NCBI GenBank assembly: GCA_963725645.1
Contig: CAVRZD010000002.1
Location: forward strand, 145,510-209,509
DNA from: an uncultured Actinomycetes bacterium
GTDB lineage: Bacteria > Actinomycetota > Thermoleophilia > Solirubrobacterales > Solirubrobacteraceae
Direction: 5' to 3'
DNA: 64,000 nucleotides
Shown here: one piece after another, positions 51,170 through 60,170 of the stretch
How the letters are laid out: every line of letters begins with the position of its first letter
How positions within the stretch are numbered: position 1 is the stretch's first letter
Translations under genes and position numbers: made by a program
The notes under the pieces: model-generated
The model's input: the letters and a program-made list of their open reading frames with translations, nothing else
Database searches by the model: none
Told to the model about the DNA's origin: nothing

Positions 51170-51849
51170 CAGTTCTGCGCTCCCGGGGGCTTGTTGGTGG
51201 TGTCGAAGCGCCGCGGGTACAGGTACTGGCCGATCCCGTCGAGCGGCTCACCCGGGTCGCGCGGCGAGAAGCGGCGCAGTTCGCTGTTGACGCTGAAGCG
51301 CGGGCCGAGCTGGAGGCGACCGGCGACCTCGCGGGTGTAGAAGCGGTCGAGCGGGCGCACGGGCGGCCCACCGGTGCGCTTGCCCTGGAAGTCGTACACG
51401 CCGCCGTGGCACGGGCACACGAAGCGCTGCGAGGCCTCGATGTAGCGCACGGGGCAGCCCAGGTGCATGCACTTGCTCGAGATCGCGATGTAGTTGTCGT
51501 ACTGGTCCTTCGGCTTGCCGTCGACCGCCGGGTCGTGCTTGCGGATGTAGGCGGTGCTCTTGCCGACCTCGCCGATGGCGGGCGTGAGCGTGATCACCCG
51601 CGGGACGTACGTCGTGTCGGGGAAGTCGCTCAGCGGGCCGACGTCCTGCCACGAGATCCGGTTGCGGTGGAAGATCGGGCCGAGCGCGAAGCCGAGCGCC
51701 GGCAGCGTGAAGGCCGCAACCGCGGCGATCCCGGCCGCGTTGACGGAGCCGACCATGAACCGGCGGCGGGTGACCGTCTCACCCTCGAAGGCGCCGGGGA
51801 TCAGGCGGTCCTCGGTGTATGGGGACTTCGCTTGACGACGGTCGGCCAC
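51169..51849 (-). CDS. qcrA: Rieske 2Fe-2S subunit of menaquinol-cytochrome c reductase
   Basis: The Tat motif is TRRRFMVG. The cluster boxes are CMHLGC and CPCHGG. Confidence 0.9.
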   Translation of the reverse strand: MADRRQAKSPYTEDRLIPGAFEGETVTRRRFMVGSVNAAGIAAVAAFTLPALGFALGPIFHRNRISWQDVGPLSDFPDTTYVPRVITLTPAIGEVGKSTAYIRKHDPAVDGKPKDQYDNYIAISSKCMHLGCPVRYIEASQRFVCPCHGGVYDFQGKRTGGPPVRPLDRFYTREVAGRLQLGPRFSVNSELRRFSPRDPGEPLDGIGQYLYPRRFDTTNKPPGAQN

Positions 51850-51947
51850 AGACGCTCCTCTGACGGCTCGAATTGAACCGGGCGCGGAACCCTATCGTCA
51901 ACAAAGCTACGCTCGCCACGAGGCCAGTCCCCGACCCTGCGGCCGTG

Positions 51948-52472
51948 TCAGAGCGGTTCGCGGGCGGCCACCGCCGCGGCGCGCAGGGACTCGGCGGCGC
52001 GCGGGTCGCCGGCGCGGGCCAATGCCTTGGCGGCCTCGTGGCTGGCGGTCCCGCCCCAGCCGACCGCGACCGCGCCAGCGTCCCAGACCGCCTCGGCCAG
52101 CGCCTCGTCGGCCAGCGACTGGGCGGCCGCAGTCAGCGAGATCACGTCGGCAAGCTCGCCGACGGCGTCCAGATCGCCGAGCTCCGCCAGCTCGGCCAGC
52201 CCGATCGCGTAGAGCTGATCGCCCGCGAGCAGCGCCAGGTCCGCGTCGTCGGAGCTCACCACACGACCGGCGCCGTAGTGCAGCAGGTACCCCTCGCGGA
52301 TCGCCTCGACGAGCAGCGCGTAGCGCTCCGGCGCCGCCGCCGCCCGCGGGCCGGCGGCCGCCACATCGCCGTGCGGCGTGGACGCGCCGGCACCGGCGCC
52401 GTCCGCGACGGCCTCGGCCAGCAGGCCCCCGCGCTCGCGCACCGTCGCCGACAGCCGCTCGAGCGTGTTCAT
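51948..52472 (-). CDS. hypothetical Ala/Leu-rich protein downstream of hemL
   Basis: The ATG overlaps the hemL TGA (ATGA). 174 aa, no recognised motif. Confidence 0.45.
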   Translation of the reverse strand: MNTLERLSATVRERGGLLAEAVADGAGAGASTPHGDVAAAGPRAAAAPERYALLVEAIREGYLLHYGAGRVVSSDDADLALLAGDQLYAIGLAELAELGDLDAVGELADVISLTAAAQSLADEALAEAVWDAGAVAVGWGGTASHEAAKALARAGDPRAAESLRAAAVAAREPL

Positions 52473-53746
52473 GCGACCTTCGCGAAGGCGGCCGCCGCGG
52501 CCTCGATCGTGCGGTCCACCTGCTCGTCGGAATGCGCCAGCGAGGGGAACCAGGCCTCGAACTGCGACGGCGGCGGGTACACGCCGCGCTCGAGCAGCGC
52601 CCGGCACCAGGCGCCGTGGGCCTCCAGGTCGCACGCCGCGGCGGCGGCGTAGTCCTGCACGGGCTCGGCGGAGAAGAACGTCGTCACCAGGCCGGTGGTG
52701 CTCACGACCTGCACGGCCACGCCGGCGCTCGCCGCGGCCTCGCGCAGCCCCTCGGTCAGCCGGCGGGTGGTCGCGGCCAGACGGATGTAGGCGTCCTCGT
52801 CGAGCATGCCCAGCATCGCCAGGCCGGCCGCGACCGCGAGCGGATTCCCCGACAGCGTGCCCGCCTGGTAGACGTCGCCCGCGGGGGCGATCCGCTCCAT
52901 CAGGTCCCGGCGCCCGCCGAACGCGGCCGCGGGCAGGCCGCCGCCGATCACCTTGCCCAGCACGCTGAGGTCGGCGCGCACGCCCGAGAGCTCCTGCGCG
53001 CCTCCGCGGGCGACCCGGAAGCCGGAGATGACCTCGTCGAAGACGAGCAGGCTCCCGTGCTCGTCGGCGCAGCGGCGCAGGTGCTCGAGGAACCCGGGCC
53101 GCGGCGGGACCAGGCCCATGTTGGCGGGGTAGGGCTCCGCCAGGATCGCGGCCGGCTCGTGCTCCGCCGTCGCGGCCTCGACGGCGGCGGCGTCGTTCCA
53201 GGGCACGACGACGGTCGCCGCGGCCGCTGCGGCGGGAACGCCGGGGCTCGCGGGGATCCCCTGCGTGGCGAGGCCCGAGCCGGCCTCGGCGAGCAGGCCG
53301 TCCACGTGCCCGTGGTAGGCGCCGGCGAACTTGAGCACCTTCTCCCGCCCGGTCACCGCGCGCGCGAGGCGGACGGCGCTCATCGAGGCCTCGGTGCCGG
53401 ACGAGGTCAGGCGCAGCATCTCGACGCCCGGCATGCGGCGGGCCACCTCCTCCGCCAGCTCGACCTCCGCCGCCGTGGGCGCGCCGAAGCTGGTGCCGGC
53501 CTCGGCGGCGCGCTCGATCGCCCGCACGACATCGGGGTGCGCGTGGCCGTGGATCAGCGGTCCCCACGAGCACACCCAGTCCACGTAGCGGTTGCCGTCC
53601 ACGTCGACCAGCTCCGCACCCTCGGCGTGGGCGACGAAGATGGGGTCGCGGCCGATCGATTGCATCGCGCGCACGGGAGAATTCACGCCGCCGGGGAGTA
53701 CCTCGACGGCGCGGCGGTACAGCTCGGCGGAGCGCTCGTCCCGCAC
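52469..53746 (-). CDS. hemL: glutamate-1-semialdehyde 2,1-aminomutase
   Basis: LPGGVNSPVRA, SGTEASMSAVRLAR, FDEVISGFR and the PLP Lys context LGKVIGGG. Confidence 0.93.
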   Translation of the reverse strand: MRDERSAELYRRAVEVLPGGVNSPVRAMQSIGRDPIFVAHAEGAELVDVDGNRYVDWVCSWGPLIHGHAHPDVVRAIERAAEAGTSFGAPTAAEVELAEEVARRMPGVEMLRLTSSGTEASMSAVRLARAVTGREKVLKFAGAYHGHVDGLLAEAGSGLATQGIPASPGVPAAAAAATVVVPWNDAAAVEAATAEHEPAAILAEPYPANMGLVPPRPGFLEHLRRCADEHGSLLVFDEVISGFRVARGGAQELSGVRADLSVLGKVIGGGLPAAAFGGRRDLMERIAPAGDVYQAGTLSGNPLAVAAGLAMLGMLDEDAYIRLAATTRRLTEGLREAAASAGVAVQVVSTTGLVTTFFSAEPVQDYAAAAACDLEAHGAWCRALLERGVYPPPSQFEAWFPSLAHSDEQVDRTIEAAAAAFAKVA

Positions 53747-53750
53747 GCCG

Positions 53751-54803
53751 TCAGCCGGCGTGCTGGTCTTCCCAGTTCCTGAACGCGTCGGTGAAGTACA
53801 GCAGCCGCACCTTCTTGTACTCCGTCGAGGAGTACAGGGTGGCGCGCTCGGTGATGCCCGTGCTCTCCGCGATCGAGTCGAGGATGGCGTCGCACTCCTC
53901 CTTCGAGCGCCCGTGCGCCATGGTGAAGACCGAGTAGGGCCAGTCCGGGTAGGTCGGGCGCTGGTAGCAGTGCGAGATGCCGCGCACCGCGGCCATCCGC
54001 GGGCCAAGTTCCGCGATGCGCTCGTCGGGCACCTTCCACACGCCCATGCCGTTGGCGGAGAACCCGGCGCGGCGGTGGAACAGGATCGCGGCGACGCGCC
54101 GCAGCAGCCCGCGCTCGGCCATGCCCGCCATGTGGTCGAGCAGGCGCGGCACCGGCACGCCCAGCTCGGCGGCGGGCGCGGCGTAGGGCTCGGCCACGAC
54201 CGGCTGGTGGCCCTGGGTCGCCCGGATGACCGCCACATCGAAGTCGTCGTAGGGCTGCTTCTCGAGCTCGCGCGGAGCCTCGGCCACGCCCGCGGACGCA
54301 AGCTCGGGCGTGGCGCCCTCCATCTCCAGGTCCATGCGGATCTTGAACAGCTTCAGCGTCGGCAACTGGCGGATCGACTCGGCGCCGGTGAGGCGCTGGA
54401 GCACGTCGAGCGTCCCCTGGAGCCCGAGCCGCGAGTCCTCCTCGACGGCGAGCGTGAACCACAGGTTGAACTCGTGGTTGCGCAGGTAGTTGTGCGACAC
54501 GCCGGGGTGCTCGTTGATCACCTGCGCGGCCCGGTGCGGGTGCTCGGCGTCGACCTTCGCCGCGACCAGCATCGAGGAGTAGCCGAGCGCGCGGGTGTCG
54601 TAGATCGGCGTGATCTCGCGGACGATGCGCTCGTCCACCAGCCGCCCGACGCGCGTCATGGCCTCGTCCTCGGATATCCCGGCCGCGCGGGCGACCGCGG
54701 CATAGGGACGCGGCTCGAGCGGGAAGCTGCCCTGCATCAGGTTGAGCAGGCGCTTGTCGAGGTCGTCCAGCGCGACGGCGGCGCCGTCCTTGCGGGAGCG
54801 CAC
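53751..54803 (-). CDS. siroheme decarboxylase, fused AhbA/AhbB (NirD/L-G/H-like) Lrp/AsnC-type modules
   Basis: Module 1 reads LDKRLLNLMQGSFPLEPRPYAAVA...PGVSHNYLRNHEFNLWFTL...LPTLKLFKIR. Module 2 reads GISHCYQRPTYPDWPYSVFTMAHGRS...YKKVRLLYF. The GTG at 54803 is in frame. Confidence 0.75.
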   Translation of the reverse strand: MRSRKDGAAVALDDLDKRLLNLMQGSFPLEPRPYAAVARAAGISEDEAMTRVGRLVDERIVREITPIYDTRALGYSSMLVAAKVDAEHPHRAAQVINEHPGVSHNYLRNHEFNLWFTLAVEEDSRLGLQGTLDVLQRLTGAESIRQLPTLKLFKIRMDLEMEGATPELASAGVAEAPRELEKQPYDDFDVAVIRATQGHQPVVAEPYAAPAAELGVPVPRLLDHMAGMAERGLLRRVAAILFHRRAGFSANGMGVWKVPDERIAELGPRMAAVRGISHCYQRPTYPDWPYSVFTMAHGRSKEECDAILDSIAESTGITERATLYSSTEYKKVRLLYFTDAFRNWEDQHAG

Positions 54804-54817
54804 CTTGGGCGGAGCGC

Positions 54818-55798
54818 TCAGCCCTCGGCCAGCCACCGCGCCGCGTCCTTCGCGTGGTAGGTGATGATGATGTCGGCGCCGGCGCGGCGGATGCCGGTCA
54901 GCGTCTCGAGCACCGTGGCGCGCTCGTCGAGGTGCCCAGCCGCGGCCGCGTCGCGCACCATCGCGTACTCGCCGCTGACGTTGTAGGCGGCCACCGGCAG
55001 ATCGGTCGCGTCGCGCACGCGGCGGATCACGTCGAGGTAGGGCAGCGCCGGCTTGACCATCACCACGTCGGCCCCCTCCTCCACGTCGAGCAGCGCCTCG
55101 CGGACCGCCTCGCGCGCGTTGGCCGGGTCCATCTGGTAGGCGCGGCGGTCGCCGAAGGCCGGTGCGGAGTCGGCCGCCTCGCGGAACGGCCCGTAGAACG
55201 CGGAGGCGAACTTCGCGGAGTAGGCGATGATCGGCGTGTCGCTGAGCCCGTCCTCGTCGAGCGCCGCCCGGATCGAGCCCACGCGACCGTCCATCATGTC
55301 GCTCGGCGCGATCACGTCGGCGCCGGCGCGGGCCTGCGAGACCGCGGTGCGCGCGAGGAGCTCGACCGAGGCGTCGTTGTCCACCTGGCCGTCGTCGCGA
55401 ACGATCCCGCAGTGGCCGTGATCGGTGTACTCGCACAGGCACACGTCCGTCATCACGACGAGGTCGGGGTGGGCGTCCTTGATCGCGCGGGTCGCGAGCT
55501 GCACGACGCCCTCGTCGTCCTAGGCACCGATGCCCTCCTCGTCCTTCTCGGCCGGGACGCCGAACAGCAGCACGGCCGGGATCCCGAGGCGCGCGGCCTC
55601 GCCGGCCTCCTCGACCGCGGCCGAGATCGACAGCCGGTCGATCCCGGGCATCGCGGCGATCGGCTCGCGGCCCTCGAGGCCGAGGACGACGAACATCGGG
55701 TAGACGAGCCGGCGCACGTCCAGCTCGGTCTCGCGGACCAGGTCGCGCAGGACGCCGGACTTGCGCAGGCGTCGCAGGCGCGTCGCGGGGAAAGGCAT
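54818..55798 (-). pseudogene. hemB: porphobilinogen synthase (delta-aminolevulinate dehydratase) interrupted by an in-frame TAG at 55520-55522
   Basis: The N-terminal part is MPFPATRLRRLRKSG...LLFGVPAEKDEEGIGA* and the C-terminal part is [15 protein letters not shown]...[12 protein letters not shown]...[13 protein letters not shown]...VKPALPYLD. Both are in the same frame and separated only by the TAG. Confidence 0.85.
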
Positions 55799-55818
55799 CG
55801 CGTTCAGGATACCCACGC

Positions 55819-57159
55819 TCAGGCGAAGCGCCGGAGCGCGAGACGGCCGATCGCCGTGAACGCCGCGGCCAGGATCGCGAGATGCAGCAGAGGTAGGAGC
55901 ATGTCGCCGCCCGCCCCCGCGAGCGCGTGGTCCATCGCGTCGAGCGTCGGCTTGAAGGGGAACGCCGCCGAGATCACGCGGATGAGGTCGTAGACGCCCT
56001 TCGACACCGAGCCGGACGGGACCAGCGCGAGGAACGCGATCGGCAGCGACAGTCCGAACGCCATCAGCGACGCCGCACGCACCTCCCGCGTCACGCCGCC
56101 GATCGCCACGCCCATGGCGCCGAACGCGACCGCGCCGACGGCCAGCGCGATCAGCCACAGCGGGAAGTGACTCCAGTCCAACGTCACGAACAGGCTGATC
56201 CCGGCCATCATCAGCACGGCCACCGGGAACCCGCAGACCGCGGCGAGGAAGACCTTCTCGAGCAGCAGCGTGAGGCGCGACACCAGCCCGCGCACGAGCC
56301 GCAGGAAGGCGTTCTCCTCGCGCTCGAGCGCGAGCATGCCCGCGCCGAGCAGGATCGTCACGAACATCAACGACACGGTCACCGACACGGCGACCGCGAA
56401 CGCGTCGAGGGGCACCCGCTTGCCCTTGAGCGCGATGCGCTTGACCTGCACCGGGTTGCTCACCGTGGTCAGGACCTGGTCGGAGACGTTGAGGTTCTGG
56501 ATCGCGAGCCCTGCGAATTTCGTCACCTGCTCGAGCGCGACGCGGTTCGCCTGGCCCTTGGGGAGCGTGGCGATCGTCGCGTCGAGGATCGTCTTGGTCT
56601 TCTTCAACCCGAGGATGTTCAGGGTGCGCCCGAGCAGGTCGAACGTACCGCCGTCGAGCAGCAGCTTGATGTCCTGGGCCGCGATGTCCTTGAAGGTGTC
56701 GGCGAGCGCGGAGTTGGCCTGTGCCAGGCGCGAGGAGATGGCCTGGTCCACCAGGCGCGCCTTGAGCGGGTCCTCGTTGTTGTAGATCACCTCCACCCGC
56801 GCCGGCTCCAGGCCCGAGGCCAGCTTCTGCGTGACGTCCGGCGGGATGATCAGCGCCGCCAGCGCATCGCCGGACTTGACCTTGTCCAGCGCCTCGGCGC
56901 GCGAGTGCACGCGGATCGGCTTGATCGCCTGGAACAGCTGGCCCGTGTACTTCGTGACGTCGATCGTCTGGCCGCCGAGGTTGATCTTGCTCGCCGACGC
57001 CGGCACCTCGTTGAGGAAGGCGACGCGCGGCTTCTGCGGCCCGCGCGACAGCGCGAAGCCGATCAGCAGAGCGATCAGGATCGGGTACACGACGAGCAGC
57101 GTCACGAGCAGCGGCGAGCGCCGCAGGATCTGCACGTCCTTGAGCAGCAGCCAGCGCAC
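55819..57159 (-). CDS. ABC-2 type exporter permease with large extracytoplasmic loop
   Basis: GTG at 57159. The layout is TM1, then a ~200-aa loop, then five C-terminal helices. It sits directly downstream of the ATPase gene. Confidence 0.75.
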   Translation of the reverse strand: MRWLLLKDVQILRRSPLLVTLLVVYPILIALLIGFALSRGPQKPRVAFLNEVPASASKINLGGQTIDVTKYTGQLFQAIKPIRVHSRAEALDKVKSGDALAALIIPPDVTQKLASGLEPARVEVIYNNEDPLKARLVDQAISSRLAQANSALADTFKDIAAQDIKLLLDGGTFDLLGRTLNILGLKKTKTILDATIATLPKGQANRVALEQVTKFAGLAIQNLNVSDQVLTTVSNPVQVKRIALKGKRVPLDAFAVAVSVTVSLMFVTILLGAGMLALEREENAFLRLVRGLVSRLTLLLEKVFLAAVCGFPVAVLMMAGISLFVTLDWSHFPLWLIALAVGAVAFGAMGVAIGGVTREVRAASLMAFGLSLPIAFLALVPSGSVSKGVYDLIRVISAAFPFKPTLDAMDHALAGAGGDMLLPLLHLAILAAAFTAIGRLALRRFA

Positions 57160-57170
57160 GAGGTCGTCTT

Positions 57171-57926
57171 CTAGTGCCCGCGCTCGCGCAGGAAGGTCAC
57201 GAAGGCCTCCTCGAAATCGAGCTCGCGGTCGTGCGCGCCAACCTCCGCCTCCAGCCCCGCGGGCGTCCCGATGAACAGCAGGTCGCCATCGGCCAGCACG
57301 AGGACCCGGTCGGCGTAGCGCTTGGCCTCCTGCACGTTGTGGGTCGAGTACACGACCGCGGTGCCGCGGTCGGTGAGCCCGCCGACGAAGCGCCACAGCC
57401 GGTCGCGCTGGCGCGGGTCCAGCGAGGAGGACGGCTCATCGAGCAGCAGCACGGCCGGGTCGGCAAGCAGGCCCACGGCGATGTTGACGCGCTGGCGGTT
57501 ACCGCCGGAGAGCGTCGCCACCTCGTCGTCGGCGCGGTCCTCCAGCCCGGTCTGGGCGAGCATGCGCGCGACCGCGGCGTCGGGATCCGCCGCGCGCTCG
57601 AGTCGGGCGAACAGGCGCAGGTTCTCGGCCACCGAGAGCTTCGAGTAGATCGCCGGCTGCTGGGGCACCCAACCAATCTCGATGGCACCGCCCGCCGGCT
57701 GCCGAACATCCCCGGCGGTGGCAGGCTGGATCCCGGCGAGGATCGACAGCAGCGTGGTCTTGCCGGCGCCGTTCGGCCCGATGACGGCGACGAGCTCGCC
57801 GGGCTGGACGTCGAACGTCACCCCGCGCAGCGCCTCGCGGTCGCCGAAGCGCTTGACGAGGTTCGTCGCGCCCAGCGCGGCCGTGACGCTGGAGGTCGGG
57901 GTGGTGGCCGTTTCCGGGCTCGCCAT
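57171..57926 (-). CDS. ABC transporter ATP-binding protein
   Basis: Walker A is GPNGAGKTT, the signature is LSGGNRQR, Walker B is LLLDEP, and the H-loop is STHN. Confidence 0.9.
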   Translation of the reverse strand: MASPETATTPTSSVTAALGATNLVKRFGDREALRGVTFDVQPGELVAVIGPNGAGKTTLLSILAGIQPATAGDVRQPAGGAIEIGWVPQQPAIYSKLSVAENLRLFARLERAADPDAAVARMLAQTGLEDRADDEVATLSGGNRQRVNIAVGLLADPAVLLLDEPSSSLDPRQRDRLWRFVGGLTDRGTAVVYSTHNVQEAKRYADRVLVLADGDLLFIGTPAGLEAEVGAHDRELDFEEAFVTFLRERGH

Positions 57927-57977
57927 GACTGGCCGCAGGTTAGAGGGTGCCCGACGCCGCTCGTGCCGACGGAATCG

Positions 57978-59321
57978 CTAGCCGGGCGCGCCGACGCGGG
58001 GCGCGAGCGAGGCGCCGCACCGCCCGCAGTAGGCGTCGGCGTCCGCGTGCTCGGCCCCGCACTCGGGGCACGTTGGTCGCGGTGCCGGCTCCGGTATGGC
58101 GCCCGCGAGCACCGGCTCCGGCCCCCACGACTCCAGGACCAGGTGACGACGCAGGTAGACCACGACCTCGCGGATGACCGCCGCCACCGGCAGCGACACC
58201 AGCGCGCCGAGTACCCCGTACAGCTCCGCGCCGAGGAGGAGGGCGAAGATGACGATCAGCGGGTTGATGCGCAGCGTGTGTCCGAACACCTGTGGCGCGA
58301 CGACGTGGCCCTCGAACTGCTGCAGGGCGACGAGCAGCAGCACGACCCAGATCGCGCTGAGCGGGTCGCTGAACAGCGCCACGAGCACGGGCGGGATGCC
58401 ACCGAGGATGGGCCCGACGTAGGGGATCAGCTCCATGAACCCGTAGAAGACGCCGAAGAACACCGCGTAGCGCTGGCCGTCGGGAAAGATGCCGGTGACG
58501 CCGAAGACCCACAGCGCGACGCCCGCGCTGATGCCCATGACGAGGCTGAACAGCAGCTGGGCGCGGACGTACCCGAGCACCGCCCGTTGGGTGCCGATGG
58601 CGAAGTCGTCGTCCTTGCTGCCGTCGCCCGGCGGCATCACGGATCGCACGAGCGCGCCGATCCGGTCGGCATAGAGCAGCATGTAGATGGATATGACGAG
58701 CACGAGGATGATCCCGAAGGCCGCCTCGACGACGCGTTGGAGCACGTCCTGGCCGAACGACACGATCGAGGACGAGCGCTTGAGCACCTGCTTCTGCAGC
58801 GTCTGCAGCGCGGTCTGGCCCTGTTCCTTGATCTTGACCTTGATGCCCTGCTCGTTGAGCGTGTTCTGGAACTCCCCCAGCGACTTGTTCGCCGACCGCA
58901 CCAGGCTCGGCACGTCCCGCTGCAGCCGCTTGACCTGCGTGGTGACCGGATTGATGAGCAGCGCGACGCCGCCGGCCAGCACCAGGAAGAATCCGACGTA
59001 CACGACGGCGACGGCCACGCCGCGCGGGAGCCTGCTGCCGCGGTGCACGAGCTTGACCAGGGGATTGAGCATCAGCGCAATGACCGCGGCGATCACGAAG
59101 ACCAGCAGCACCACGCCGGCCGCCCGGGCGAGCGCCCAGACCCCGAGCAGCGCGACCGGGAGCGTGCCGAGCTGGACCCACCGCGGGACCACGACCCTGG
59201 GCGGCGGCGCACCGCCGGCCGCGGCGGGCTCCATCCGCGCGGTCGGCTCCTCCTGGCCCGCCGCCTGCTCGGGCGGCGCGTCCGGCTCCTCGGGGCCGGG
59301 GGCTGCTGGCTCGTCGCTCAC
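57978..59321 (-). CDS. AI-2E family transporter (PerM-like) with C-terminal zinc-ribbon
   Basis: GTG at 59321 preceded by AAGGAG. It has 7-8 TM helices and FMELIPYVGPILGGIP. The tail is CPECG...CGRCG. Confidence 0.8.
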   Translation of the reverse strand: MSDEPAAPGPEEPDAPPEQAAGQEEPTARMEPAAAGGAPPPRVVVPRWVQLGTLPVALLGVWALARAAGVVLLVFVIAAVIALMLNPLVKLVHRGSRLPRGVAVAVVYVGFFLVLAGGVALLINPVTTQVKRLQRDVPSLVRSANKSLGEFQNTLNEQGIKVKIKEQGQTALQTLQKQVLKRSSSIVSFGQDVLQRVVEAAFGIILVLVISIYMLLYADRIGALVRSVMPPGDGSKDDDFAIGTQRAVLGYVRAQLLFSLVMGISAGVALWVFGVTGIFPDGQRYAVFFGVFYGFMELIPYVGPILGGIPPVLVALFSDPLSAIWVVLLLVALQQFEGHVVAPQVFGHTLRINPLIVIFALLLGAELYGVLGALVSLPVAAVIREVVVYLRRHLVLESWGPEPVLAGAIPEPAPRPTCPECGAEHADADAYCGRCGASLAPRVGAPG

Positions 59322-59390
59322 GGCGGGGACTCCTTCGCCGCACGGTACGACATACCTCGCAGAAGGCAAGCTCGTCGAGGGCGCGCGCCC

Positions 59391-60170
59391 GTGAAGCTCC
59401 TGTTCGTGGGCGACGTCGTCGGCGGCGTCGGGCGGCGCGCGCTGCGGGCCCTGCTTCCGGAGCTGCGCGAGCAGCACGAGCCGGACTTCGTCGTCGTCAA
59501 CGGCGAGAACGCCGCGGGCGGGGTCGGCATCACCCGGCGGACGGCCGACGAGCTGTTCGGAATCGGCGCCGACGTCATCACGCTGGGCAACCACACCTAC
59601 CGCCACCGCGAGGTGTGGGGCTACCTCGATGAGCGCGACGAGATCGTCCGGCCCGCCAACTTCCTCGCCCTCCAGCCCGGCCACGGCAGCTGCGTGGTCG
59701 AGCGCAACGGCACCCGCCTCGGCGTGGTGTCCCTCCAGGGCAACCTCTTCCTCAAGACGGGGCGGGCGGCGTTCACCGAGGCCGACGCCCAGCTCGAGCG
59801 GCTCGACGGCCGCGTCGACCACGTGCTCGTGGACATGCACGCGGAGGCGACGAGCGAGAAGGTGGGGATGGGCTGGTACCTGGACGGCCGCGTGACCGCG
59901 GTCGTCGGCACCCACACGCACGTTCCGACCGCGGACGCGCGCGTGCTGCCCGGCGGGACCGCCTACATCACCGACGTCGGCATGACCGGCCCGCGCGGCG
60001 GGGTGATCGGGGTCAAGCGCGAGCAGGCGGTCGAGGCGCTCGTGACGCAGCTGCCGGTGAAATTCGAGACCTCGCGGGACGACCCGTGGCTGATGGGGGT
60101 GCTCGTCACGGCGTCACAGCCGATGCGAGCCGACGCCATCGAACCGGTCCTGCGAGCCGCGCCAGCGTGA
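59391..60170 (+). CDS. ymdB: TIGR00282/YmdB-family metallophosphoesterase
   Basis: LFVGDVVG, NGENAAGG, GNHT, DMHAEATSEK and GTHTHVPTAD. Confidence 0.88.
   Translation: MKLLFVGDVVGGVGRRALRALLPELREQHEPDFVVVNGENAAGGVGITRRTADELFGIGADVITLGNHTYRHREVWGYLDERDEIVRPANFLALQPGHGSCVVERNGTRLGVVSLQGNLFLKTGRAAFTEADAQLERLDGRVDHVLVDMHAEATSEKVGMGWYLDGRVTAVVGTHTHVPTADARVLPGGTAYITDVGMTGPRGGVIGVKREQAVEALVTQLPVKFETSRDDPWLMGVLVTASQPMRADAIEPVLRAAPA

Noticed and set aside
55520-55522. Recoding of the hemB TAG (pyrrolysine or programmed read-through)
   Set aside because: TAG is used as an ordinary stop elsewhere in the window (for example at 26109 and 21008). No pyl genes or read-through context are visible. Mutation or base-call error is simpler.
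60106-60170. 65-nt convergent overlap of ymdB and the GT87-like gene as a regulatory antisense feature
   Set aside because: Both ORF ends are low-conservation tails. The overlap may simply reflect late stop codons in GC-rich sequence.
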